A DNA stretch of 64,000 nt from Sarea resinae. Its lineage: Eukaryota. The position numbers were made by a program, and so were the translations under genes. Shown here piece after piece: positions 38,624 to 50,771 of this stretch. The notes beneath the pieces are model-generated. The model ran no database searches. It saw nothing but the letters and a program-made list of their open reading frames with translations, and was not told the DNA's origin. The stretch's first letter is position 1. Each line of letters begins with the position of its first letter. Location of the stretch: NCBI GenBank assembly GCA_026026165.1, contig JAPEUD010000021.1, forward strand, positions 248,001-312,000. The letters run 5' to 3'.

Positions 38624-39090
38624 CTTGGCCCACCGCGGCTTGCCCGACGGATTGAGCTGCTGGTGCCTGGCTCTCCTGCGGCGACCTATGGTTGCTTTTT
38701 GGATGAAGTCGAGCAGTCTCTGATGCAGTCGGCGGTACACGATGGGCAGATTGAGTTATGTTGTGTTCGTATGTACAAAGTCTGGGTTGGGTTGGCAGGA
38801 AGAGTATTGCGATGCGCGCGGAAATGTGAAAATGCGCCTGGGTGTACACGGCAGAAAGCTTTCGAGATAAAGCTCCGACGGCGATCGCCGCCACGCAATC
38901 GCTGCGTCATGGTCTAGGCAACCGCCTGGGCATCGGAACTTTTCATTGCCCGGCAACTGCTTTCAACAACATCTTACCTGGTCAGAAGCCACTTACGAGG
39001 TAGTATAGAGACGGAGTAATATATCACGCTCCAATTACCGGTGATTTTACGCTAGCATGTTTGATAATAGATGTTCTGCTGATGCAAAGG

Positions 39091-41606
39091 CTACTGCCCC
39101 TTACTATCTTGTACCATGGCTCTGGCTCGCTCCTTTTCATCCACCCCCAGGTGCCAATGCATTGCGGCGCCAGTCTCCTGTTCACCCGCAGACTGTAATT
39201 CATACCACTCATCCTCTTCCATGTTCATAATCAGGCAGATCTGCGTGCACCTTGTGAAGGCTTCACGCAACCCGTATCGCCCGCCCTTGACCGCTATCCC
39301 AATCAGTCCAGCAATATCACGCTCGAGCCGCACAGCACCAAGCTCGTTGACTCGTCCGTAGTATCCCCATATTCGCTTCTCCAAAACCCTGCTCAGGTAG
39401 AATACAGCTGCAGTCAGCAGCTTATCAAAGTTGTGAGCCGTGAGAAGTCTCTGGAAAGGTTTAATCAGAGCCTCCCAGCCATGGGCGAAGCGGTCCTTGA
39501 CCATTTCCTCCGGCATGCCTTCCCCTACCTCGTCGATCTCCTGCCGGGCAGCTATCGAGGTAAGCTCTTCTGAATTCAACATATAATTGGCTTCGCGGAA
39601 GGCATCGGCAAGTATCGGTCGTAGGCGTGGCTTGATAACATGACTGAAAAGAACATTGATGCCATCACCGACGAGCTCAGAAGTCTTAGCCTCAAAACTG
39701 TTACCTAGCGTTTTCAGGGAATTCGTAACAAACACGGCATCGTGATTGAAAGGGAACATGTCAACCAAGGAAGATGCAGCTTCCTGGTTTCCGGTTTCAT
39801 TCGCCGAATCCGACTTGAGAAGGGTCTGGACAATGCGTTTCGTGTAATCAGTAGCCAGGTCGAGATTGTTAATGAGGACGACAAAATCAATGATTTTGTT
39901 TTCTGGCGGAAGGCCACCTTGGACGGCGGCTTTAGGGTAGCTCTCATCCCGCATCTTGCGTTGTATCATGCCAACAAAGTCAGAGCCCAGCACCCGACCA
40001 ATAGTGGGGATGACGTTGGCGACAACTGCGCGCGAAGATGTCGCCAATGACCTTTGTAAGACATTATTGACAATGTACATCACATCATCAACCGCGGACG
40101 TAATAAACGGTGCGCTTGCTTGCAACGGCTTATTCAGGTTGAGGGAGAGACCCGTCGGTGGTTCATCAAGTTGGAACGCTTTCTCCACAGACCGACGGAA
40201 AAAGAACATGGTCATTGTGTTGAAAGGCTCAATCAGACGAGCTGCAGTTTTCTTGCTGAGAGCAGACTCCGAAAGAAGAGGGGGGACGGTGAGGGGCGAG
40301 GGTTCGTGCTGCCCTTCTTCGTCGAGGTGAGGATCCTTCATGTTGTCAGAGACCGGCAAAACTCGAAAGTATGACGACTTACCCTGCATTTCAGCGCAAG
40401 GAAACGGGAGTAGAGTGACCACCGCCCAAGCATGACAGCCGCTTCACTCAAAAGCCCATCAACCTCTTTCATGTCGACACCTTCGTCTTCACTGTTCCGG
40501 CCTGCCGCAGGATCTCTGCTCGAGGGAGAGTCTGATCTCAGGGCTCCGCCAGACCCCCTTTGTGATGGTAGGAAGCTCTGTACGAGGAAAGAGAAAGCAT
40601 ACGACTTGATATCAGTAAGCTTTCGGTCGATATAGCGTTCGTCGGCCCAGGTATCAAGGATGATTCCACCTTGCATATCAGCCTCTGCCTGCAGGCGCTC
40701 AATGACTTTGACCATCTTGCCGACGCCGTAATGGCGTTCGACAAGACCTCCGTGGCCGTCCACGATTTGGGCGATGTGTTCAAAGAGTTTAGTGAGAGCA
40801 CTTGCGTAGAAAAATCCTTCACTCCTCTGGTTCCCACCTGTGCCAGCATTCAAATTTGACCTTGCCCTTGATGCGACGCCTTGGCACACGTATCGTCCAT
40901 AGACGTCGAGTCCCACGTCTGACCTTCCAATCAAGGGAAACAATTTGAAAAATCGGGTGACCTTAGCGCCATCGGCTTCTTTGGCAGCTTTCTCAAACTC
41001 TCGAAGAAACAGCGCGCATAAAGATTCGGCGGCCGTTTCCAACGTCACGCTCGGGAGATCAGGGACCTCAGCTGTTGGGACGATTTCCTCGGCGAACGAT
41101 CCGGTGACGATCTCCTTCGGGATTTTCGAAGCTCTATTCAGATACCCAGCAGCAGTTTCCCAATCGTGGGGAGCACCCATGGAGCCTGTCACCCCCAGGA
41201 CACAGGCTTTCAGCTCTGCAACCTGCTCTACGACCTCCAGTGTAGCTTGTACTCGTGACTGTTCGAGATCTAACCGTTTAACAGCGCTCGATATCCTGCT
41301 GGCCGTAGACGCGGCATCGGAGAACATGCCATTGCTGATGGATCTTGTATTGACCACTTGTGAGCCCAATTGAACACGAAGTAGGTCCAGCCGGCCCAAT
41401 TCTCGCGATAGATCCTTCTGCGATGCGACGAGCGAATCGAGACGCTCGGTCACGGATGCCTCACGGACATTGAGCGCTTCGAGGGTAGCTTGAATATCGG
41501 CGATTGAGCTGGGTTTGAAGATGTTCAGTTCAGCGCCGGTTTCGTCATGGCTAACCTCTTCGTTCTCGAGGTTAACATGTCCGTTGACGAGCGGAGAGGC
41601 CGACAT
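39091..41606 (-). CDS. COG4: Conserved oligomeric Golgi complex subunit 4 (2 exons)
   Basis: RISSAVKRLDLEQSRV, DWETAAGYL, VTRFFKLFPLIGR..VGLDVYGRYVC, FFFRRSVEKAFQLDE, SAVDDVMYIV and NELGAVRLERDI...LREAFTRCTQI. Confidence 0.92.
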
Positions 41607-42179
41607 TGAAGTTCTCGGACTGGCGAAAGCTAAGGCAGCTGACGCAAGTAGGTAGGCCGCGCGCAAGCAAACGAGAGCTGATCAGAACAGGGGCTCAACT
41701 GCTTTGCATAGTAGCAGCTACCGTGCACCGATCTCTTCGGGAGGTTTGGGGGAGATTGAAGTCTGGATTTCGAAATCCGTGGCAGCCCTGTGCGCCTCGA
41801 GGTACTCGTGGTGCCTGGCGATCGAGATGTGAGCTACAGCACTCCGTAGCGTACTCCGTAGCCCGTCATGAATTAGACGAGCCTGGACCCTGAGGCCCCT
41901 GCTGACGCTATATATCTCACCTCTCCCTTTGTCGATAGCATCATATCACTCTCTCACCAGATCTCAATTCAATAGTACTAGAATTCCAAATGAACAGGTT
42001 GATCAATCTGACTACTACAGGCTCCTGGGTTCTGACCATATATCTATACGTGCTTACAAGTCGCCATCAGATCCGTCCCATACTGGGGCAGTCGCATCTT
42101 CCCTTCCTCCTTCCCCATCCTCCTTCTTCCCACTCCACCTTCACGTGCCGTCACCCATCATGGTACAGCTAGGTAGGAC

Positions 42180-44000
42180 TAAAGCCACCGACGAGCTGCC
42201 CCCCAGGTCAATCGAAGTGGTATGTTCAGCCAAGGGAACAGCCCTGGTTTGACGCCCAGATGGACACCGTCCCACGCTCTCGAAAAAACTCGATACTCCT
42301 CCCGATTGAAGAGTAACCTCGCTCGGTTCAAGTCACATTGTTTGACCCGGCTGTTGTTTTCCCAGTCTTTGACTAGAGGATTCATGGAGAAATCCCAGAT
42401 GGAAGTTGATACAGTATATCCGTTCCAGTCGCGCGTCCTCCAGAGCATATGAGCCCTCGTCCACTGAGTCTCTTTTTCGGTTTCCGAGATGGATCCTATC
42501 AAAAGAATGCTCAGTCGCATCAAAGGCGAGTCCGGTTTTCGAGCATGTCCACTCATCTGTAGCTGACTTCGCTCTTGGTATATTCGCCGTAGGAGAGAAG
42601 TGACAGCTCGTAGGCATCGAAATGACGTAGCTCATTCTCTATATCACGAACACAGTGGCTTTGCTGTCCAGTGCTATCAAGCCATCCGTTGCTCAGTCAT
42701 GTATGTCCTCGGCCGCCTTTCGCATTAATCGTATATCTCTCTGGCTTATATTTAGTCCTCTGCTAGGCAAAGGTTCGTTGGAATGATCTCATCTCGAAGA
42801 GGATTCGAGCTACTTTTCAAAAGCAGAAAGACGACTCATTCTACTCCTCCCAGCACGGCCTGTCGCATGCTCTTGAACGATCGTATGATTTGGTCATCAG
42901 GCTCAATATGATCCCTAGAGCTAGTGTATGCGGTACTAGAATCGGTCTCGATATCATTGGTTAGCTTCCGTTTTGTTGATATCCCTAGAGATGTTGCTTT
43001 AGCTGCTGGCATCCTTGTACGAGCCAAGCGCTAGTTCATCTTCTTCAGGGTCTTCCTGGCTGTTTTCTTTATCATAATTGACGGGTTTCTCGAGTAGGAG
43101 AACGCCGAGACCCAGTTCCTTGAAAATGCAAGACTCCGACTCCAGGTTCCTCATACAGAACTTGATACCATGGATGGCCGTCAGTATATAGGCTGATAAG
43201 CCGGTGCGTGTAAGCGGCATGCACGGGTACACGACAAGAGTGTTCGTGGAAGAGAAAACAACTTTTTGCCGGAGTTCAGCGACTTGGACCCGGCGTTCCC
43301 GCACTTAATCAGCAATTCATCGTCTACCGACCCGTTTGCTCGAGCACTTGATGAATCAAGGATTGCGGAACGCCGACCTGGTTGATGTGAGACGTTCTTC
43401 TGTTTCGGTCGAATTCGTCCTGTGCGTGCAAATCTCCTTCAGATCCAGGGGCCTTTGTTTCCACTTCATTTTTATATCAGCCTGGGCCGCTCAAACATAT
43501 CTGCAGATGCTTTGATATGAGCGCGTGCGTGGCCGCTTCGATAATTGCGCCTTGTCAGTCATGAAAGTCTCTCAGATGTTTTTCAACCAGAAAGTCGAGC
43601 TAAGGAGGACGGGCAGAACGAAGATCATCAACGGTGCTTCACTAACAAGCGGGAAGAAGAGAGGAGCCAACATAGTTTGTTTTGGTCGGCTTGTGCATGA
43701 TCATGTGGACCTGGTCGCTGCTGCTAGGTTATCCTATATAGTCTCCAGTGCTTTGGTAATCGGTCTTGCTGATGGCTATAAATAACGAAACAGAAAAATG
43801 TTGAAGCGGATAGGTCCTGGCGGCGCCACAAGGATGTTGACAGCAGAGGGCAGCATACACTGTTCGACTCCAGATAAAATAGGTCCCAAGTTGCTCCATA
43901 ATGGCAAAGGCCAACGCTCAAGATGTCTGTGGTTGTGATCACCATAATACACATCTTGAATTCCTGTTGTTGCTGTTCTATTCTTTGGTGATAGTGGAGA
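42180..44000 (-). pseudogene. Decayed kinase-like gene, fragments in several frames
   Basis: Fragments AIMEQLGTYF..TVYAAL, NTLVVYPCMPL and LEDARLERIYCINFHLGFLH, then after a frameshift NPLVKDWENNSRVKQCDLNRAR (H..N.LV...V..DL pattern with the catalytic loop missing). Many stops; boundaries approximate. Confidence 0.4.
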
Positions 44001-45509
44001 GCATAATTGAGTTTGAGGCAGCTTGCCCTATCAAGGTTCCTAAAGTGGCCAATCTGCCCTAGTCCCCGTTGTGAAGAAGGTGTGGGTGTTATTAGAGTCC
44101 CTTGGTTGGGATAGGCTGAGTCAAATAGAAAGAGCTAGAGTGGCCATCTATTAGATCTCTGTCCCAAGTGAAAAGTTATCAGTATCAGGCAAGCTCACCT
44201 TTCCGTGCTGATAGAATACTCCAAATGTATGCCATTCTGTGCTGGAACTGTCAGGCAGCCAGTGAGCCAGCAAGCCAACGATAGTCACGGCCATCCTCAG
44301 TATTTGCTTATAATACCATCTCCAAGCTGGGCTCTAGAATATGTTTCCGTTCGTATAGCACGCGATACCAGCAACGAAGAGGGATGAACCAAGTCGAGTC
44401 GGTCTTATATATCTGCTTGATGCACGATGGCTTGATTTCAGGCGATGACGAAAGAAGAATTGCAACAAGGAGGGAGATGGTAGGCACAACAAGCAATAAA
44501 AGATTCCAAACAAAAACAAGACACGAGAAGGGAGAGAGAGAAAGAGTAAGCAGGTAGCCGGATGTGCTAGGTGCCTTCCATACCACTCCAGCGTACCATG
44601 TCCTTTTCTTTACCTGTGTCCATGGACGGCGCGACGTGCTGGCTTGATCGTTTGTTTATTTTTTGTTGTGCTACAAGACGCCCACGGATCCGTCCCCGTC
44701 CAGCGGTGGAGAAAGTAGGTAGAAAACAAGTCAGGAAAGTGTCTTCTTCCTATTCGTGCAATCAAAACAGTCAAAGACCCAGGATCCCTCTTACTCCATC
44801 AGGAAACCACGCCCCACGTCCCTGCATCAAAGCCCCAAACAAACAAGTCGCCTCCCACCGCCCTCCTTCCCCCGACACCTCCAACAAATCAGCAGACAAG
44901 CAATCAAGCAGCAACAAGCAGCAACAGGGCAGAAGAACGAGAAGCCAGGAAAATTGAGGAAAGAGTGGTTCGCACTCCAGTCCCCCTAGGAAAGCCTGGC
45001 CTGCCTCCCTCCTGGCCCAAAAAAGAGCAGTGCCACCGCCCTCCGTGTAATACGTACCCTCGTAACCCAGCGGCGATATGTAAGGTAGAGAGGAGAGTGT
45101 AAGTATGAGATGACGAGCAAAGCGATTGATATTCCTGCCAAGTCAGCTTCCAATACTCACCTACAATAGTAGGTGAGAGAGAGGTAAAGCATATCAGGTA
45201 GGTAGTCATTTCAGGAGCGTGACTCCATGAAGAGCCGGCTTAGGGGTCATGGGTGAATGTCCAGGACCACCTCAGAACCCATTCACACATATCATTACTT
45301 GTAGGAAGTTACAGACGAACGTGACCAGTAGAGGGGAAAGAAAAAAGAATTTTATGCTATACAAGGCGTCATCGCTCCCCGCCATCGCGAACAAATAAAA
45401 AGAAACATAATAATTACATGGAAGAGGTCGCGCTGTTTTCTATCCGTCCGATCCATCCATCCATCCATCCATCACCCGTGTGTGCCTGCCTTCTATTGCC
45501 CAACGGAAA

Positions 45510-48500
45510 TCATACAGTGGAACTATAGCCGCCAAAAAAGCCGCCCCGTCTCCTCCGTCTATTCGCGAACTTTCGAATTTCGTCCGCCCAAAGAACGGAG
45601 CTGGCGACGAGGGTGAGATGGACCAGATCCCAAAGACCCAGCCCCTCGGTCTGGAAGATGCTCTGTAGAATAGGCAAGTAGATGACGGCAAGTTGGCCGC
45701 CCAGACTACCCGCGACGGCAATGTTGAACATTTTGTTTCCGAAGAGAGGCAATTCACCCATGAGGATCGACTTGCCCTCCGAACGACAGGTCAGGGCGTT
45801 GAACATGTCGAACAGGACAAAGGAGGTAAAGGTCATGGTAGTATCACGCGCGGTGACAACGCCGTCCGACGACATTTCTCGAATATATATCATCAATGTG
45901 CCGATCATAATGATGCTTGCCGAAGTAAGAACCCTTTGTATAACGGGCTTAGTGAGGACACGCGCCGATTTCGGTCGAGGTGGGCGAGTCATTACAGCGG
46001 GATCGACAGGTTCAACACCAAGTGATTGGGCTGGAGGCCCATCCATCAAGATATCTAAAAGCGCACTGTCAGTCTGTGAAATTTGGGTGGTAAGAGAGGT
46101 AAGGTGTAACATACTGATCCACAAGATCTGCATGGCATTCAAAGGGTTCTTGAATCCCAAGAAAGTGCTCAAAAGGACCAAGCTGAGTGCTGCGACACTT
46201 GTGCTTAGTTGAAACGTGAGGAAATTTTGTATATTGTAGAAAATGCCCTTTCCCTCTTCAATGGCGCTCAAGATCGTCGAAAAGTCGTCATCCGTAAGAA
46301 CCATGTCCGCGGCTTCCTTGGCCACGTCTGTCCCAAGTAGACCCATGGCCACTCCAATGTCTGCCTTCTTTAACGCTGGCGCATCGTTCACCCCGTCCCC
46401 AGTCATTGCCACAACATCACCTCGTGACTGCAGAGCACGTACGATCTTCATCTTGTGATCAGGGCTCGTGCGGGCAAAGATGCTGGTCGTGGACATCGCT
46501 TCCGCCAGTTCTTGCTCCGACATCTGGTCGATCTCGTCGCCTCTCAAAACAGCTCTGTTATGCTGCCCATGGGAAGGGACGATAGGCATCCCAATTTTTC
46601 CCGCAATAGCGACAGCTGTTGTCTCTGCATCACCAGTGATCATAATCACCTTGACCCCACCAGCCATCAACCGTCGAATCGACTTGTGAACGTCTTTCCT
46701 AGGTGGGTCATTCATGCCCACAATACCAGCAAATACGAGACCTTGATATGCATCTTCATTTTTGCTAGCCGCATTTCGGGTTGAGTTCTGCTTGGATTCC
46801 TGCTTCGGTGTTACGCTTCGACTCCTACTCGCGCTTGTCAATCCAGATTTGGGCGAATCTCGAGTAGCTCCACTAGCAAAGCCCAGAACCCTGAGGCCTT
46901 CTTCGGCCATACGCTCGGCCGCCTTGAGTGCAGCTTGCTTCCTTGGTGCATCCAGAACAACTTCTCGCCCTTCCTTTGTCATAAAAGTATCGCATCGCGA
47001 GAGCACTTGTTCTAGAGCACCTTTAATGTAGGCCGTCTTCGGGTGGTTGTTGTTCTTAGAGATCGCCTCTGAGCTGTCTCCTATCACAACTCCCATCCAC
47101 TTACGATCAGAGCTGAAAGGGGTTTCCGCGGCACGTTTCCCTACGCGCTCCCTCATATCATCATCGCCAAAGGCATCGAGCAAGTCTAGCATAGCAACAT
47201 CTGTGGGTTGCCCAACCCAACGACTCTTTGCGCCTGCATCCAGCGGGTCATGACTAGACATTGAAGAGAGGATAGCCGCCGACGAAGCTGAAGCAGGAGC
47301 GCCTGATGAGGTTCTTGCCAACCGTGCGTTGTTCGCTATATTACCGACCCGGAGAATTGTGCGAATAGGTGAGTCTGGTGACTGCGATGTGATATCTTTT
47401 GTCACATCCAGAGGTTGAGAGATATCGAAGTGCCACATTTTGGTCACTGTCATATGGTTCATTGTCAAAGTCCCTAAAATCCAAGATTAGCAAAAAGAGC
47501 GAGTTCGTTTGACACCAAACGATTGAGCTTCTCCCACTACGCACCTGTCTTGTCACTGCACACTACATTGACAGAACCAAGGGTCTCCACGCTAGGCAAC
47601 CTCCTCACTATAGCTCCACGATTGGCCATCCTAAGAACGCCAAGCGCAAGAGTGACGGTCACAATAATTGGCAGGCCCTCGGGAATAGCGGCCACAGCAA
47701 GCGATACGCCGATCTGGAACATTTCTAGGAGAGCACGCCCTTGCCAAAGGCCAACGATTACGATGAGGCCTATGACCCCAAATGACATGTAACTCAGTTC
47801 CTGTCCCAGACGGTCCATTGATAGTTGCAGAGGGGTACGAGGACTCTCGATTTCCTGTAGAGATGCAGAGATGGCACCAAACTCGGTATTTGCTCCAGTC
47901 GCGATGACGACACCTTGACCATAACCGGAACGCACCAAGGTGCCCATGAATGCAATATTTGTCTGCTCATTCAGACGGAGGTCGGCGCCAACGGTGCCAG
48001 CGGCCGGAGCATCGAAGAGAGGTGAACGAGGAGCTGAAATCGGATGATCCAGAGCTTCTGCATGCTTGGAAACTGGCTCGTTCTCTCCCGTGAGGTTAGA
48101 TTCGTCTATGCTCAGGTCGGCGGCACTTGTGATCCTTATATCAGCAGGAATACGATCCCCAGTGGAAAAGAGGACAAGATCACCCGGCACGAGTTGCGCA
48201 GCCGGGACGGTTGAAGAAGCCGTTTCTACCCTCGCAAAAGACGACGCTGCCGAAGCACTGTCTAGAGTGTCAAGTTCTAGAGTGTTTGATGAACTACCAT
48301 AACTCCGGGACCCGCTTCCGCGTATGAGATGCGCATAATGGGGGACGAGACGGTGGAGCGCCTCAATGGATTGCTCGGAGCGATATTCCTGAACGAAGCC
48401 AACAGTGACCACGATTGTGACGGCGATTGTTATGCTGACGGCGTCGTCGAAATTGCCCATGAAGAAAGAGATCGCGGCCGAGGTGAGCAGGAGTAGTATG

Positions 48501-48863
48501 AGTGTCTCTTTGAACTGCTTGAGAAATCGAAGCCACAAGGGTTCGGGTTCCTCGTGAGGTAGCTCATTCGTGCCATGCTGGAGGAGCCGCGCCTCTGCAT
48601 CCGTCGACGATATGCCATGCGTAAGGGAAGAAGACAGCCGACCGATCACTTCGGGTGGTGAAAGAAGGGAGTAGACAGAGGTTATCGACTGGGAAGAGTC
48701 AGCTACCAACGTTCAAAACGCCCACTCACCATGGCTTTGTTCTTACCGAAGAGGCAGAGGCTGAGCGCCTATGTGCGTGTGATGGCTTAGGGCTAGGAGG
48801 CTGCAGGTTGTTGGAGGTAGAGACATTATATAATGGCAGTGCTGGAGTGGATGATCTTGACAT
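45510..48863 (-). CDS. PMR1: Golgi Ca2+/Mn2+ P-type ATPase (SPCA/PMR1, 4 exons)
   Basis: [31 protein letters not shown] (phosphorylation site split by an intron), [28 protein letters not shown] and [16 protein letters not shown]. Start inferred at [13 protein letters not shown]. Confidence 0.95.
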
Positions 48864-50085
48864 ATTCTCATGGCCGTAAATAAAGACCGAGGTGCGAATC
48901 GACAGCGGCTACGTCGATCAACAATCAACGGCCAGCTGAAAGAATGGGCACACAAGTCCAAGTATCGACGGATGATATTTAGCGGCTAAGGGCGCATCGA
49001 TCGCATCAAGAAGGAGGAATTGGAGGCTAGATATGAGGCAGAAGGCTCAGGTAGAGAGCAATGTATGAAGAGGTGAAGGTGTCGTGTCGTTTGCCGTTGG
49101 GAAAAGAGACTGCGGATGCGCGCGATGGGTGCTCATTCAGATCGAGGTTGGAGGTTATAAATTTGTATTTGCAACAAACGTCCGGTTTGGGGCCTTGACT
49201 TTGGGGGTTGCAGCTCCTCATAGGCAATCAAAAGCAGTAAGAGCAGCCAGACTAGAGGCGTCAACCATGAGGAACAGCGCAGGATGAGCTTGGGCATGGG
49301 CATCTCTGGGGGAGACGAGTACTCGGAACCTCGCCCCCCACGGAACTTGTGCGCCGATGAGAGGTAGCTCTACTTGATCGCTACCTGGCACCTCTTGAAT
49401 AGAAAGAAGAAAGACAAGGGGTAACTCCCAAGTCGTGTACCTTACTCTACTGTACACGACGGAGAATTCCTGCCCACTTCTCCTGCTTGTCCCTGGCTAG
49501 AGTACAGCGCACGCCGACTCCTTCTCTCGCCCTACCAACAACTACTGTCGGTCATTTGCCACTAAGTCTCAGCCCAAAAGTCTTATCTCGGGTTCACAGC
49601 AGAGAGGTACCCAGAGGATGCTATCGGAATGGCCCTCGAGACAAAGTAGACAAGAGACGAGCTGTGGATTATGTTGTTTGCATATTGAAATGTAGGACAA
49701 AGTAAGGTATCTGGCGAAGCCGTGCTCAGTCGCTCGCTCGTAGGGTTCCAAGGGTAGGTTTCAGGCAGATCACCATTTACCATGCTTCGGTGGTGGGCAA
49801 AGAGTACATGTATCTAGAGTCAAGCCATTTCAACCATCTTCCTTCCTCGATTCAGGGGTTAGGAGGTCCGAGGTAATGATCCGTCTGGCAGGCCTGCGTT
49901 GCGCACCTGTAAACAAACGATCTAATCGTCCCGGATCAGCCCCAAGGTATCAAACACATCAATCGATGCTATTTCCTGGTAAGGTGGTTTCTAATAATAC
50001 CCAATGTTCAGAGATGTTCTATTACTCGTACTAGGTAGTCAGTTATGATGAATTCTCACCCTGCCTTATTGAATTGCAAGCAAGC

Positions 50086-50656
50086 ACGCGTACTTGGATC
50101 GCCATAACAGCCCGTTCGACGCGTAAGCGTACGGAGTAAAATGGTAAAGGGAATTGAACGAAATGCAGTCCCTCGACCCTACTCCGTACTCCGGAGTACG
50201 CAGTACATAAGGTACATTACCTACCCGTTATCTTGGTTTGCTGGCAGCTTGCACTCACGTGATGGGGCCAAACACGTCCACGGGTCGGTACTTCGGTACC
50301 TACAGTACTCTGTACAGAGCAACTTTGAACTTTGAACATCGGTAGCGGCCACCCACCATTCATCCCAGCCCCAGCCCCCTCCCTCCTCCCTCCCTCCCTC
50401 ACTCACTCGCTCACACATCATTGCTTCGGCCTCTCGCCTTCACCTCCGGATTTCTTACCCCCCAGCTCAGAGGACTCTTGCATTGCATCCTCTCTTTTTT
50501 TGATATTTCCATCTGTTCTGCTTCTTTTGGGCTTGATAGAGGGGAGATACCTATCGCGATAGCCAGTAACGACGTTTTAGCCTTCGCTTCCAAGTGGCCC
50601 GACCAGCTGGATCGCGCGTTTGCCTGGGAAGCAATCGCGTACACATGTCAACGCGA
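50086..50656. promoter_or_regulatory. MCB-like boxes upstream of RAD21
   Basis: ACGCGT at 50086 and 50119, TCGCGCGT at 50612, TCGCGT at 50635 and ACGCGA at 50651. Confidence 0.6.
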
Positions 50657-50771
50657 CTCTGACCTTCAACACACATACCGAGTGCGCCAATTCGCATAGC
50701 ATAACCAGCCTTGGCCCGTGAAGCTGGTGCTCTACATTGCATTGCATTGATTATTGCTTATCACCTCCAGC

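Noticed and set aside
21710..48863. VTC4 and PMR1 (or MCM4 and RAD21) as a functional gene cluster
   Set aside because: They are separated by unrelated genes, consistent with ordinary synteny.
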